From assembly GCA_963706025.1 (NCBI GenBank), contig CAVPLM010000003.1:96001-160000 (forward strand): DNA of 64,000 nt, read 5' to 3'. Below, in pieces: positions 63,944 through 64,000 of this stretch. Made by a program: the position numbers and the translations under genes. Every line of letters begins with the position of its first letter. Position 1 is the first letter of the stretch. Source of the DNA: an uncultured Actinomycetes bacterium. Its GTDB lineage: Bacteria > Actinomycetota > Thermoleophilia > RBG-16-64-13. The notes under the pieces are model-generated. The model saw only the letters and a list, made by a program, of their open reading frames with translations. It did no database searches and was not told where the DNA came from.

Positions 63944-64000
63944 AATTGTCCTCCGGGCTTCATCGACTCCTGCAGGGACTCTAGCCCAGGGTCAGGCGAA

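Overview
GC-rich bacterial chromosome segment spanning the replication origin, most consistent with a deep-branching anaerobic Actinomycetota such as Thermoleophilia (inferred from gene order, near-leaderless promoters and tRNA-Ile/Ala near gyrA). It carries parB-parA-rsmG-mnmG-mnmE-jag-yidC-yidD-rnpA-rpmH, oriC, dnaA-dnaN-yaaA-recF-dciA-gyrB-gyrA, a perfect parS, a fumarase-sdhCDAB operon, a GT4-GH57-GH57 alpha-glucan cluster, a Phd-VapC toxin-antitoxin pair and housekeeping genes. Unusual items: (1) an RsbT-like GHKL ATPase/kinase-wHTH gene between the DnaA-box cluster and dnaA; (2) a hidden FlgM-like gene behind a consensus sigma-28/WhiG promoter; (3) a small HTH-like gene behind a promoter-leader-terminator attenuator; (4) a cysteine-less MnmG paralog translationally coupled between mnmE and mnmG; (5) a Gaa1-like membrane protein; (6) two copies of a ~160-bp MITE-like element; (7) a probable CTG start for parA. 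Several genes (corA, 2-hydroxyacid dehydrogenase, DUF72, trpB2, mnmE, wecB) are broken by indels that are probably sequencing errors. All family calls are by visual motif recognition; no database searches were run.
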